Notes under the pieces: generated by a model
The model's database searches: none
The model's input: the letters and a program-made list of their open reading frames with translations, nothing else
What the model was told of the DNA's origin: nothing
Program-made: the position numbers and the translations under genes
Source of the DNA: Cenarchaeum sp.
GTDB taxonomy: Archaea > Thermoproteota > Nitrososphaeria > Nitrososphaerales > Nitrosopumilaceae
NCBI GenBank assembly: GCA_965242695.1
Contig: CBDESU010000001.1
Coordinates: forward strand, 2,112,001-2,176,000
Length of the DNA: 64,000 nucleotides
Direction: 5' to 3'
Shown here: positions 1 to 9,885 of the stretch, one piece after another
Layout: the number at the start of each line of letters is the position of its first letter
Position numbering within the stretch: position 1 is the first letter of the stretch

Positions 1-728
1 GCCGGCGGCTTGGATCGCCGGCGGCGACCGCTGCCGCCTCCGGTGCTGCCGCTGCTGCTGCTGCCGCCGCATCCTGTGCTGCTGTCGCCGCCTCCGGTGC
101 TGCTACTCTTGCCGCTGCCGCCGCTGCCGCTACTGCTGCCGCTACTGCTCTTGCCGCTGCCGCCGCTGCCGCTACTGCTGCCGCTACTGCTGCCGCTACT
201 GCTGCCGCTACTGCTGCCGCTACTGCTCTTGCCGCTGCCGCCGCTGCCGCTACTGCTGCCGCCTCCGCCGCTGTTGCCGTCCGCCGAGGCGGCCGACTCC
301 CTGCCGGCCGAGCCTGCCGCCTCGCGAGCGGCCGAGCGGCGGCTCGGCGAGTGCCTAAGCCTCTGCTTGTACTCGGCGCTGCGCGGATTGCGCCGTATGC
401 GGAAGTTGCAGCAGTTGCAGTACCAGCCGATCGAGTCCTCGGCGGCGGGCAGGCCGTTGCGCATGTGGCCTCCGCGGTAGTCGATCCATATGTCGCACGT
501 CTGGCAGCGCCCGTGCCCCGCCTCGTACCGGCCCCCCTTGACGGGCTTCTTGGCCCTGTACTGCTTGCACTTTCCGGCGCAGAGCCTCTTTTTCCCGGCG
601 GCGGGGGCGGCGCGCTTCACGGGCGTCCCCTGGCCGGCAGACTCGAGTCCTGCTTCCTGCCTCGCGGACAGGGAGCCCGCCCCTGCGGGGGCGCCCCCCT
701 GAGGGTCGGCAAGCGTGAGCAGCTGCAT
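1..728 (-). CDS. Cys-rich (zinc-finger-like) thaumarchaeal protein with a Ser/Gly linker; runs off the window start
   Basis: Not in the ORF track because there is no stop in the window. Manual translation from ATG 728 gives ...LCAGKCKQYRAKKPVKGGRYEAGHGRCQTCDIWIDY...WYCNCCNFRIRRNPRSAEYKQRLR, then (SSSG)n. Resembles a small conserved thaumarchaeal Cys-rich family. Confidence 0.7.
   Translation of the reverse strand, partial: MQLLTLADPQGGAPAGAGSLSARQEAGLESAGQGTPVKRAAPAAGKKRLCAGKCKQYRAKKPVKGGRYEAGHGRCQTCDIWIDYRGGHMRNGLPAAEDSIGWYCNCCNFRIRRNPRSAEYKQRLRHSPSRRSAAREAAGSAGRESAASADGNSGGGGSSSGSGGSGKSSSGSSSGSSSGSSSGSSSGSGGSGKSSSGSSSGSGGSGKSSSTGGGDSSTGCGGSSSSGSTGGGSGRRRRSKPP
40..275. repeat. Coding low-complexity repeat (gccgctactgct units) encoding the Ser/Gly linker
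   Basis: 12-bp units are directly visible; the minus strand reads SSSG/SGGSG. Confidence 0.85.
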
Positions 729-734
729 TGCAGA

Positions 735-2402
735 TCACGTCCCTGCGGGCCCCGGCTGCGGGCCCGGCGGCGAAGATGGAGGCATAGAGGGCGGGGGCGA
801 TGGGGGCGGCCCGGCGGCGGGCGGCGGGGCGCCGGGCGGGCCGCCCGGCGGCGGCGCCGATGCCGCCGGCGGGCCGGCGCCGCGGGGAGCGGCAGGGGCC
901 GCCCGCGGAGGGGGCAGCTCGGCAGGCGCTGCGCCGGGCGCGCCCGCGCCTCCCTCGAGGGCCGGCGCCGGGCCGGGCTCGGGCAGGCGCGGCCTCTCGG
1001 GGACGGGCAGGCCTGGCGCAAGGCCGGGCGGCGGAGGCGGGGCGTCCTTGGCCCTGCCCATCGCGTACCTGTACACGTGGAAGAACGCGGCGAACACGAA
1101 CAGTATGAGGCCCACCCAGAACAGCGAGAGGTTCTTGAAGCCGGTAATGGCCGCGTTGTACGCCGCGATGTTGAGGAACACGAGGAACGCGATGAGCGCG
1201 ACGATGACCCAGTTGACCCACTTGTCGGACAGGTCGATCGTGGCGACCCTGTTCGGGCCGCGCTCCTTTTGCATCTTGGCCTTGCGCTCGGACTCGCGGG
1301 CCATGTGTATCATCATGTAGCTGAACCCGAACCCGAGCGGGACGAGCAGTATCATCGTGAGGTACAGGAAGACGGGGTCTATGACCAGGCGCTCGACAAG
1401 CGACAGCGTCGTGTCGGCCGGTATGTAGAACCCCCAGTACGTCGTCACTATGATCTGGGCGATCCCGACGATGCCGAACGACGTGATGATCGGCCTGTCC
1501 TTCCAAGAGAACTTCTTGTACCTGTCCAGGAACGGCACGAGCAGCAGCGACCCTATGAACAGCGCCGGCCACAGCACGCCGGTGACGAACTTGTCGTACT
1601 GCGTGCGCAGGAACGCATACAGTCCCGTCAGGTACCACTCGGGGACCGTGATGCCCGGCGGCACGGTCGGCTGGAACTTGAAGCCGAGGTCGATGGGGAA
1701 GACGCCGCCCGTGATGAGGATGGCGCCGGAGATCGCCATGACCATCGGCACGTCGAAGACGAGGAACCGCGGAAAGTGCACCGCCATGAGCCCGAGCATG
1801 ACGAGGGGCAGTATGAAGACGTGCTGCGCGTAGAACCGGAGCACAAAGTCGTGGAACCCGCCCCCGAACATGGCGTCGCGTATGGTCGGCCCCACCACGG
1901 GGATCGAGTTGGTCAGGGACGCCGCTATGCTGATGGCAAGCTCGGCGCGCTCGCTGAATATGATGTCGTACCCCGTGAACGCCTCTAGTATGGTGACCGT
2001 CCCGAGTATGACCCCCGTGACCCACAGTATCTCGTTGCGTATCTTGTAGCGGCCGCTAAAGTACTGGTAGTACATGTGCAGGATGGCGAGCAGCACCATC
2101 GCGTTCGAGCCGTGGTAGTGTATGTTGCGGATGTGGAACCCGTACGGCACCTCGTCGTTGATGAACTCTACGCTGTCCCAGGCCCTGTCCAGGATGGGCT
2201 CGTAGTAGAACATGAGCAGGGCGCCGGATATGCCGAGTATTACGAACACGATGAACGTGAGCATGCCGAGGAAGCCGAACGGGCTTACGAACCTGGCCGG
2301 GAACGAGAACTTTATCGCCGTGAATATGGTCCGGTCGATGCCGTCCCACACCCAGTACAGGAAGGCGACAAAGCCCGTGCGCCTACTTAAGGTAGCGTCC
2401 AA
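735..2402 (-). CDS. petB: Cytochrome b of the bc-type complex, with a Pro-rich C-terminal tail
   Basis: RNIHYHGSN...LAILHM and QHVFILP...AVH heme-ligand histidines, PEWY motif, multiple TM helices, adjacent to a Rieske gene. Confidence 0.93.
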   Translation of the reverse strand: MDATLSRRTGFVAFLYWVWDGIDRTIFTAIKFSFPARFVSPFGFLGMLTFIVFVILGISGALLMFYYEPILDRAWDSVEFINDEVPYGFHIRNIHYHGSNAMVLLAILHMYYQYFSGRYKIRNEILWVTGVILGTVTILEAFTGYDIIFSERAELAISIAASLTNSIPVVGPTIRDAMFGGGFHDFVLRFYAQHVFILPLVMLGLMAVHFPRFLVFDVPMVMAISGAILITGGVFPIDLGFKFQPTVPPGITVPEWYLTGLYAFLRTQYDKFVTGVLWPALFIGSLLLVPFLDRYKKFSWKDRPIITSFGIVGIAQIIVTTYWGFYIPADTTLSLVERLVIDPVFLYLTMILLVPLGFGFSYMMIHMARESERKAKMQKERGPNRVATIDLSDKWVNWVIVALIAFLVFLNIAAYNAAITGFKNLSLFWVGLILFVFAAFFHVYRYAMGRAKDAPPPPPGLAPGLPVPERPRLPEPGPAPALEGGAGAPGAAPAELPPPRAAPAAPRGAGPPAASAPPPGGPPGAPPPAAGPPPSPPPSMPPSSPPGPQPGPAGT

Positions 2403-2997
2403 ATCCCACCACTCCGTTCTGGTTGACCCCCCACGTGGGGGGCAGTATCCACAGCGCCCCGTCCGAGTCGGCCTCCATCGTAAGGTTCGGCAGCACGTTC
2501 GACGGCGGCGCCTGCAGCGAGGCCGGCCCCTCGAACGCCGCGCCCGTCAGGGGGTCGTACATGCTGCCGTGGCACGGGCACTCGCCCCTCCGGCGCCCCT
2601 CTTCGGGCCAGTACTTCCAGAGACACCACAGGTGGAGGCACACCATGCTGTACGCGCGGAACGCCGAGGCCTCGTTCGTCTCACCGCCGAGCTCGGGCGG
2701 CAGCCGTATGAACTGCCACTTGCGGAACGCCTCCTCGTCGAGGACGGCATCGCCCGTCTTCGGGTACGTGATGACCTCGGCGTGGTTGACCGGAAACGTG
2801 TTGACGTTGGCCTGCAGGCCGTCGGGGAGCTCTACGGGGACGCGCTCGAGGACGACCGACGAGGGGTTGGGCATGAAGTTGCCCCACGGCACGAACGGTG
2901 CGAACGCCAGGCCGGTGCCGGCAGCCCCCATGAGCTTTAGAAAGTCGCGCCGGGACAGGCCGCTCCGCCTAGCGGCGCTCTCCTCCCCCTCTTGCAT
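2383..2997 (-). CDS. Rieske 2Fe-2S protein with Tat signal
   Basis: SRRDFLK twin-arginine signal; CLHLWC and CPCHGSMY Rieske boxes. Confidence 0.95.
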   Translation of the reverse strand: MQEGEESAARRSGLSRRDFLKLMGAAGTGLAFAPFVPWGNFMPNPSSVVLERVPVELPDGLQANVNTFPVNHAEVITYPKTGDAVLDEEAFRKWQFIRLPPELGGETNEASAFRAYSMVCLHLWCLWKYWPEEGRRRGECPCHGSMYDPLTGAAFEGPASLQAPPSNVLPNLTMEADSDGALWILPPTWGVNQNGVVGFGRYLK

Positions 2998-3281
2998 TCG
3001 TGCCCAAAATCCACCGGTTTGGTTATAAACCTAGTTTCGGGCTCGGGCAGGGGCCGGCCCGCGGGCTGGTAGAGGGGGCAGATGCTGGGGGCGCCCCCGT
3101 GAGGGGGACGCAGGGCGCGAGGCGGGGCGCGGGCGGCAGTCCGGCCCGCGGGCAGGTGGAGGGGAGGGAGGGGGGGCAGAGGCGGGGCGGCAGGCCCTGT
3201 GCGGGCCGCGCGCCATCCGCCAGGCGACGCTGGGGCCGCGCACAACTCATGGAGTGGCCGATGTCAAGATTCGCAGTCCGG

Positions 3282-3464
3282 CCCGCCACCCGCCGTGCCG
3301 TGCCTCTGATCTCGGCGGCACGCGGCATGCGCGACAGATTCGAGTATATAAGCAAGTTAGTGTTATATACCAGCCATTCGTTTGCGGGCCAAGGACCTGC
3401 GAACGGGCGGGACCCCAGGGGCGGCGGCATCTGCGCATCTTGGCGCAACCGTCGCCCCGCTATC
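3282..3464 (+). repeat. 183-bp direct repeat, copy 1 (TATA-like box plus two-hairpin candidate ncRNA)
   Basis: Aligns with 4334-4516 at an offset of 1052. The last ~100 nt differ at one position only. Confidence 0.9.
3372..3462 (+). ncRNA. Candidate structured RNA convergent with the DUF3800-like gene
   Basis: Stems 3379-3388/3396-3405 and 3418-3427/3449-3458 pair fully only with G-U pairs on the + strand; GTATATAA lies at 3344-3351. Confidence 0.5.
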
Positions 3465-4200
3465 TTGGATCAGGGTAGTTCTTTATGCCGAACCCGTGCA
3501 ACTTGCCCCCGCGTCTCCACATGCATGCATCGAGGCCTTCGGGCCATCCTAGGAACGTCGGATCGCCGTGACAGCGCTTTTGGAGCACGTACGCGACGAC
3601 ATCAACCCCCTGTAGGAGGGGATCGCGGCGCGAGTCCTTGAAGATGACGTCCTCCATGACCCGGCTCCTGCGCATCCTGTGCCTACCAATCCCCGACTCT
3701 GACGACCGGATCGCCCTCCTGATCCCCGCCTCGTTCGCGCCCCCGCTCGCATCGGAGATTATCAGGCCACGGTCCTTGCCGCCCCGGTCGTCTAGGTACG
3801 CCTCGAACCGCTCCGTCATAAGGTGCCATGCAAGCTCTCGTATGCGCGGGCCGTCAAAGTCGCCCTCCAGCAGGTTCTTCCAGACTATGACGTTTATCAG
3901 CGATGCTCCAGATCCGGCTATCGCACCGGCCGTCCTTGAAAAGACCGCTTTCTTCTTCACAAGGTCGAGGCCGTGGCCCGCCCTCGAAAAGTCGCCCCTG
4001 TTGTTCCACACGTCGTACGCATGAATCTCCTTGTCGCGCGGATCCAATCCCGGAAAGAGGTCCCGCTTGGCATCGTCGATCGCATCTCTTGCTTCATCCA
4101 TGTCGTGCTCGTGCACGACGAGGCCGCTCGGTATGTGGACGCTTATGCCGCTGGCGCCGGCGTGCCTGCAAGGCGCTACATGCCGGGGGAGGGGGCGCAG
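3460..4200 (-). CDS. DUF3800-like protein, probably 5'-degenerate (start uncertain)
   Basis: SGLVVHE, EIHA, ERFEAYL, GLIISD and FKDSRRDPLLQGVDVVAY resemble DUF3800. The usual N-terminal YxDESG motif is not seen. Confidence 0.65.
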   Translation of the reverse strand: MRPLPRHVAPCRHAGASGISVHIPSGLVVHEHDMDEARDAIDDAKRDLFPGLDPRDKEIHAYDVWNNRGDFSRAGHGLDLVKKKAVFSRTAGAIAGSGASLINVIVWKNLLEGDFDGPRIRELAWHLMTERFEAYLDDRGGKDRGLIISDASGGANEAGIRRAIRSSESGIGRHRMRRSRVMEDVIFKDSRRDPLLQGVDVVAYVLQKRCHGDPTFLGWPEGLDACMWRRGGKLHGFGIKNYPDPR

Positions 4201-4333
4201 GCGGGAGGCGGCGCAATGCGGCGCCGCGGCCGCCATCGCCGCGCGCCCTGCCGCCCAGATGCCAGCGTGCGCCCGCCGACGGGGGGGGCGGCGCGGCACA
4301 GTGCACTGCGCGGCCAAATCGCGCCGGCGCCGC

Positions 4334-4516
4334 CCCGCCGCCCGCCGTGCCGCGCCTCTGATCTAGGCCGCATGCGGCGCGCGCGACGGACTCGAGCATA
4401 TAAGCGAGTTAGTGCTATATACCAGCCATTCGTTTGCGGGCCAAGGACCTGCGAACGGGCGGGACCCCAGGGGCGGCGGCATCTGCGCATCTAGGCGCAA
4501 CCGTCGCCCCGCTATC
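4334..4516 (+). repeat. 183-bp direct repeat, copy 2 (candidate ncRNA)
   Basis: Paralog of 3282-3464. Confidence 0.9.
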
Positions 4517-4611
4517 CTGCACGCAGTCTCCTGTCGCCGCCCCCGCGCAGCGCCACCCCGTGCCGCCGCCCGCGGCCGGCAGGGGCGGTGCGCGGATGCA
4601 GCGGCGCCCGG

Positions 4612-7600
4612 CTATCGGTCCCGACCAGGGCGTCCGGGCACGTCTAGGAACTCGGCTACGACGGAGACGCGCTCGGACGTGGCGCCCCCCTCGGCGCCAA
4701 ACAGCGTAGAGTGCATCAGGACGGCGTACACGCCGGTGCCGTTGACCGGGACTATCAGCCCCGTCGACGACGGCGGCCGGGCCTCGACCGGATAGAACCC
4801 GCCCCCCTCGCTGAACGGCGTCGGGCCGAGCCAGTCCGACGAGGGCCAGCCGAGCAGCTCTCCAAACGATCCGGCGCCTGCGGTCGACGACAGGATGCCC
4901 CCGTCGGGGCCGGCGGCGAACGCGGCCAGGGTCGTGCCGTGGTCGTCCCATGCGATGTCGACGAGCATCGTGTCGATCGACCCGTCCGCGACGTCAAAGT
5001 AGACGGCGCGCCAGTCGCCGGACATGTAGCGGTTCGTCATGTCGAACGCGCCGCGTATGCTGCCCGCCCCGTCCAAGAGATGGGGCGCATCGCCGGCCGC
5101 ACCGCCCCCCTCCAGGCCCCCGACGACGACCGTGCCGGGACCCGCGACCTGCTCGGCCACCGCGTACGAGACGGGCACGTCCGCCGCGAACGGGACGGCC
5201 CGGCCCGGCTCTCCCGGCGCGACGCCGCCCGCCGGCGACGACGAGCCGGGCGGCGCGTCGACGACGGGCAGCGTGCCGTCGAACGAGCTCACCCGGACAA
5301 ACCCCTGGTACACGCCGCTCGGCTGCCCGTCGGGAACGACGAGCGTTGCCCGCACCGACCGCGACTCCCCCGGCGGCACCTCGACCGTGGCGCCAGAGAC
5401 CCACACGTCGTCCCACCTCTCCCTTGCATAGTACGCGGCGCCGACCGCGTACGGCATCGGCGCCGCATCCATCCCGTTGGCGCCGTACCAGTAGGAATAC
5501 CTGTCGGGGACGGGATACACCCCGACAAGCGGCGTGTCTCGGAACTGGGAGGAGGGGTCGGAGACGCGCATCTCTTGGACCGTCCCCCACGAGCCGGCCC
5601 GGGACACCATGGACAGCTCGGAGCTCGACGGCACCCTGTCCCCGTCCGCATCGTCCCAGTCGTACAGGTACAGCGACGCTATCGAGAGGTCGTCGGCGTA
5701 CGTCTCGGCCGACGAGTTCATGAACGCGTCCATCCCGAACCCGGCGGTAAGGACGAGCAGGCCGGCGCCGTCCGGCACGCCCTCGGGGGCGGCAAGGTAC
5801 GATGCGACCGTGCGGCGCTCGCGCGCGTCCTCTAGGCGCACGTAGTTTGGCGCGTACGCGTCCGTCCCGTTGATGTCGGGGTCCGCGAGGCGCGGCTCGG
5901 TCGTCCCGGCGTACGAGTCGGCGCGCACGAGCGCGAGGCGCTGCGGCTCGACCTTTGCGTGTATGGTCTCGTTGGACGGGTTGCGCACCACAATCGAGGC
6001 CGTCGAGCGCTCTCCGGCGTGCAGCACGCCGGCAAACCAGGACGCCGGCGGCGGGCCGCCGCGCGGCAGGACGAACCTGTCGGCGCCAAACTCGGTCGCG
6101 TTGGCGGCCTCGACGGCGGCCGCGAGCGAGGCGCGCGCCGCCTCGTACGACTGCGGCACGGACACGGCAAACCCGCCGTTCTCGCCGAGGGCCGCCCCCA
6201 CGGCCGCATCGACGTCGACCATTCCGGCGCCCTGCACGAGCGCGTCGTTTCCCGTGTCGGATGCGGCCGACATGAGGAGCGACCGGACGTCGGACGGGGC
6301 GGGCGAGGCCGCCGAGGGGTCTGCATCTCGCATCGCCCCGATCAGGATCGCGGCCGAGGCGGCGACCGTCGGGGCCGCCATGCTCGTCCCCCCGTACAGG
6401 CCGAACGGCTCGTGCGACTCGGCGCCCGGCGGCCTCGTGACGGGGGCGGGCACGAACCCGTACGCGCCGATGCCGACAATATCCGGCTTTGGGTGGCCGA
6501 GCGGCGTGGGGCCGCGGCTCGTAAAGTCGACGAGATGGCCGCCGTGCTCGGTCGTGTTGCCAAAGCGCGGCTGGCCGGCGAACGCGCCGTGCCCCACGAA
6601 CGCGTTGCTCGTCGCCGCCCCGACCGTGAGGACGAACGGCGAGGCGCCCGGCGTGCCGGTCGTGCCGTACCCGTGCCCCGAGTTGCCCGCGCTTGCCACG
6701 ACGAGCGTGCCCGGGTACCGCCTGTCAAGCGAGTGGGGGACCGCGATCATCCCCTGCGCGAGCGAGACTGCATCGGCGCCGGGGACGGCCCCTATCACTG
6801 GAAACGCCGATATGCCCCAGCTGTGCGTTATGACGTCGGCGCGCGGGGCGCCCGAGTACCGCCACGACCAGCCGCGATCGCCCCCGTCGCCGAGGCCGTT
6901 GCCGTTGCCGTTGCCGTCCGGCGCCGCGTCGAACCCGGCTGCCCACATCGACGCGTACAGGGTGTCGCCGAACCAGAGCGCCTTGATCGGCACGATCGAG
7001 GCGCCCGGCGCGACGCCGCGCGCCGCGTACTTTCCAGAGTTGTTGTACACGTCGTACCCCTGCACGCCGGCGGACGCGATCGCAGCCGCCGAGGCCGAGC
7101 CGTGCCCGACAAGGTCCGTCATCACCCCAAAGAACTCACCGTCCGGATCGATCGGCGGGAGCAGCGTTCCGTTGACCGCGTTGAGGATGTCGTGGAGGTG
7201 CGATGCGCCGGCGCCTTCCTGCCCGCCCGGCTCCCCCGCGCCGTCCGCGGCCCCCGACGCCACCCCGTACACGTCGAGCACGCGCGCCCCGACCATTCCG
7301 GCGCTAAAGTCGTCGGCGCCGTCGCCGTCCGAGTCGTACACTAGGAACTCGGCGCCCTCGCCGAGGCGTATCGGCTCCTCGTCGGTAAAGTCAAAGTCGT
7401 AGTCGGGATCCTCGCCGCGCTCCAGCTCGGACGAGTAAAAGTCGGCGTGCGCCGTCGAGAGGTCGGGTATGACCGTATCGTACACGCCGGCCTCGCGCGA
7501 GTCGACGAGCAGGACGGGGACGACCTGCAGCCCGACGGCCCGCCCCGACAGCGAGCCCTGGTATATCGCGCCGAGCCGGTACACGCCGCTCTGCGACCGG

Positions 7601-8547
7601 ATGTAGTCGGTCGCGCCCTCGCCGATGCGCATGTCGTCGGACATCGTGCCGTTGAAGACGGGCAGCGGCCCGGCGCTTGGGTAGAACGAGTTGTACACGG
7701 GCACGTCGGTCCCCCTTCCGCCCTGCTCTATGTCGAGGAAGACGCCGTCGCGGCTGCGGTACACGACGGACGTGTGGTTCTCGCGCGCGGCCTCTTCCGC
7801 GGCGCGGCCAAAGCTGCGCAGCACGCCGTCCCCGTCGATGCTGGCCGCAAACGTGGCGTTCGTCAGGACGATGCCCTGCCCGTCGGCGTCGAGCATGATC
7901 GGGGCGCCGGACGCGTCGCGCGCGACCGCATGGTGCATGTCGGGGTTTGAAAAGTCGACGCCCGTGTCGACGACGGCGATGCGCACGCCCGACCCGTCGT
8001 ACCCGCGCGCCAGGGAGGCCCGCGAGGACACGAGCTCGGCAAGGCGCGACGCGTCGGGCAGATCGCCGCCCCCGTTCCCGTTCCCGTTCCCGCTGCGGCG
8101 CGCCGGCGGCTCTGCCTCCGGGACGGACGGCGCGGCATGCAGGTCGACCCTAAAGTCGGGCAGTATCGCATGGCCCCTGGCTCGCAGCGCGGCCGCCTCT
8201 GCATCGTGCAGGACGGCGACAAGCGGCGCCGGTCCCCCGTAGGCGGAGCCCTGGGCCGCGCCGCCGAGCACGACGTACCTGCCGATGCCGCCGGCCGGCC
8301 GCAGGTACTCGTCGGGGACGGCAAGGATGCCAGAGGCCGGCAGGGCGGGGGCGGCAGAGGCCGGCGCGTCCGGCCACCACGGGGGGCCGAGGCTGCGCCC
8401 CGCCATGTCGCCGGTTCCCCGCACCGCGCCCTCCCATGCAGACGCCGGCGGCGAGGGCGCGTCCGCGGCGGCGGCCGCCGATACCACCGCAAGGAGCGCA
8501 AGCGCGGCGGAGGCTGCCCGCGCCGCGCCGATCCCTGTCCTGGCCAT
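4612..8547 (-). CDS. Secreted S8 (subtilisin-family) serine peptidase
   Basis: Signal peptide; catalytic VDTG, GHGS and GTSMA; oxyanion ASAGNSG. Confidence 0.92.
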   Translation of the reverse strand: MARTGIGAARAASAALALLAVVSAAAAADAPSPPASAWEGAVRGTGDMAGRSLGPPWWPDAPASAAPALPASGILAVPDEYLRPAGGIGRYVVLGGAAQGSAYGGPAPLVAVLHDAEAAALRARGHAILPDFRVDLHAAPSVPEAEPPARRSGNGNGNGGGDLPDASRLAELVSSRASLARGYDGSGVRIAVVDTGVDFSNPDMHHAVARDASGAPIMLDADGQGIVLTNATFAASIDGDGVLRSFGRAAEEAARENHTSVVYRSRDGVFLDIEQGGRGTDVPVYNSFYPSAGPLPVFNGTMSDDMRIGEGATDYIRSQSGVYRLGAIYQGSLSGRAVGLQVVPVLLVDSREAGVYDTVIPDLSTAHADFYSSELERGEDPDYDFDFTDEEPIRLGEGAEFLVYDSDGDGADDFSAGMVGARVLDVYGVASGAADGAGEPGGQEGAGASHLHDILNAVNGTLLPPIDPDGEFFGVMTDLVGHGSASAAAIASAGVQGYDVYNNSGKYAARGVAPGASIVPIKALWFGDTLYASMWAAGFDAAPDGNGNGNGLGDGGDRGWSWRYSGAPRADVITHSWGISAFPVIGAVPGADAVSLAQGMIAVPHSLDRRYPGTLVVASAGNSGHGYGTTGTPGASPFVLTVGAATSNAFVGHGAFAGQPRFGNTTEHGGHLVDFTSRGPTPLGHPKPDIVGIGAYGFVPAPVTRPPGAESHEPFGLYGGTSMAAPTVAASAAILIGAMRDADPSAASPAPSDVRSLLMSAASDTGNDALVQGAGMVDVDAAVGAALGENGGFAVSVPQSYEAARASLAAAVEAANATEFGADRFVLPRGGPPPASWFAGVLHAGERSTASIVVRNPSNETIHAKVEPQRLALVRADSYAGTTEPRLADPDINGTDAYAPNYVRLEDARERRTVASYLAAPEGVPDGAGLLVLTAGFGMDAFMNSSAETYADDLSIASLYLYDWDDADGDRVPSSSELSMVSRAGSWGTVQEMRVSDPSSQFRDTPLVGVYPVPDRYSYWYGANGMDAAPMPYAVGAAYYARERWDDVWVSGATVEVPPGESRSVRATLVVPDGQPSGVYQGFVRVSSFDGTLPVVDAPPGSSSPAGGVAPGEPGRAVPFAADVPVSYAVAEQVAGPGTVVVGGLEGGGAAGDAPHLLDGAGSIRGAFDMTNRYMSGDWRAVYFDVADGSIDTMLVDIAWDDHGTTLAAFAAGPDGGILSSTAGAGSFGELLGWPSSDWLGPTPFSEGGGFYPVEARPPSSTGLIVPVNGTGVYAVLMHSTLFGAEGGATSERVSVVAEFLDVPGRPGRDR

Positions 8548-8618
8548 CGCTCCCCGCCCGCGCAGGGCCGCGGCCGCTATTCAAACCGCGCGGGCGGCGG
8601 AGGCGGCCCGAGCCGCAC

Positions 8619-9713
8619 TCACCGGCTCCTTGCAAGCAGCACTATCTGCAGGGCGGCGATCACGCCTATCGCCCCGACGATGGGGAACAGCAGCGAGTTG
8701 AGCTGGCCGGACGCCTCCTCCACGTTGGCGACGGACTCTGATATCGTTCCCACGTTGGACTCTAGGTCGGCGCTCGCCTCCCTCAGGGCCGAGTCGAACT
8801 CGGCGACGTCGGTCTTTAGCCGGTCGAGCTCCGCCGACGTGTCGGCCATGATGCCGCCGAGCCGCTCTACGTGGTCTGATATGCCGCCGATGTCCTGGCT
8901 CATAACATTCGTGGCGGCCGAGCCGTGCGAGACCGTCCCCTGGTGGAACGTCACTATGTGGAACACGTACGTGCCGAGCTGCGCCGGCGTGTAGTCGGCG
9001 TAGTAGAGCCCCTGGTGGAGCGCGCGGAACTCTTCGGACATTATCGAGACCTGCCCGCCGGGCAGGTGCACGTGCGTGCGGGCGAGCAGCTCGGCCGGAT
9101 CGCCGCCGACGAGCGACCCGTCGCTCGTCACCTGGACGAATATGCGCAGCGGCGAGCCGATGCCGGCCGTCTCGGGCACGAACACGCGCGTGTCGACGTG
9201 GCGGCTGACGGGCACGTCCACGAGCTCGTCGGTCGACGAGTACCTCACGTCGAGCGGGATCGACAGGCCGTTCTGCCGCGTGCTTATCACCTCTACTACG
9301 TACGTGCCGTACGGAAAGGCCGACGACGGCTCGGGCCAGACCAGGACGCGCGTGCTGTACGAGCCGTCCTCGGGGTGCGCCTCGACCTGCGAGAACGAGA
9401 GTATGGTCCCGTCGGGGGCGAACACGCGCACGATCAGCGTCTCGCCGGGTATGGCCGTGCCCGACACGAACAGCGGCTGGCCTGCCGCGTACACGCGGCT
9501 GTTGGTGAATGCGTCGAGCGTCTCGCCGTCCGGAGGCGGGGCGGCGGGGGCAGGCGGGGCGGCGGGGGCGGCGGGCAGGGCGGCACCCGGATCGTCCTGG
9601 GCGAGCGCAGGCTGCATTCCGTGCGGGGCGGCGGGCAGCGACAGCGCGGATGCGGCCAGGGCTGCGGCGATTGCCAGCAGGCGCCCGGCGCGCGCGGCGG
9701 CACCTGCCCTCAT
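8619..9713 (-). CDS. Secreted/membrane-anchored protein with C-terminal coiled coil and TM helix
   Basis: Signal peptide from ATG 9713 with an AT-rich box ~25 nt upstream; beta-rich middle, heptad region, C-terminal hydrophobic anchor. Confidence 0.75.
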   Translation of the reverse strand: MRAGAAARAGRLLAIAAALAASALSLPAAPHGMQPALAQDDPGAALPAAPAAPPAPAAPPPDGETLDAFTNSRVYAAGQPLFVSGTAIPGETLIVRVFAPDGTILSFSQVEAHPEDGSYSTRVLVWPEPSSAFPYGTYVVEVISTRQNGLSIPLDVRYSSTDELVDVPVSRHVDTRVFVPETAGIGSPLRIFVQVTSDGSLVGGDPAELLARTHVHLPGGQVSIMSEEFRALHQGLYYADYTPAQLGTYVFHIVTFHQGTVSHGSAATNVMSQDIGGISDHVERLGGIMADTSAELDRLKTDVAEFDSALREASADLESNVGTISESVANVEEASGQLNSLLFPIVGAIGVIAALQIVLLARSR

Positions 9714-9885
9714 CGCGCCCGGTGCCGCAGCTCCATTGATAACGCTTCTGATTTCGACTGAGGCGCGGCGCCGCCATCCAGGTCCAGCCATGCCGGACCC
9801 CAGGAGGGGCCGCCGCGCAATTCAAGGCCCGGTGTCCGGGCCGCCTCCGCCTAGGTAGAAATATGGCCCGCGGCCGGCCGCGGCG

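Noticed and set aside
10-2025. Long Pro/Arg-rich ORFs overlapping real genes (10-480, 351-1988, 355-2025 and many similar across the window)
   Set aside because: Shadow ORFs caused by high GC; they have no family motifs and overlap well-supported genes.
7100-7900. Long insert between the catalytic Asp and His of the S8 protease
   Set aside because: No intein signatures; large inserts here are common in archaeal surface subtilases.
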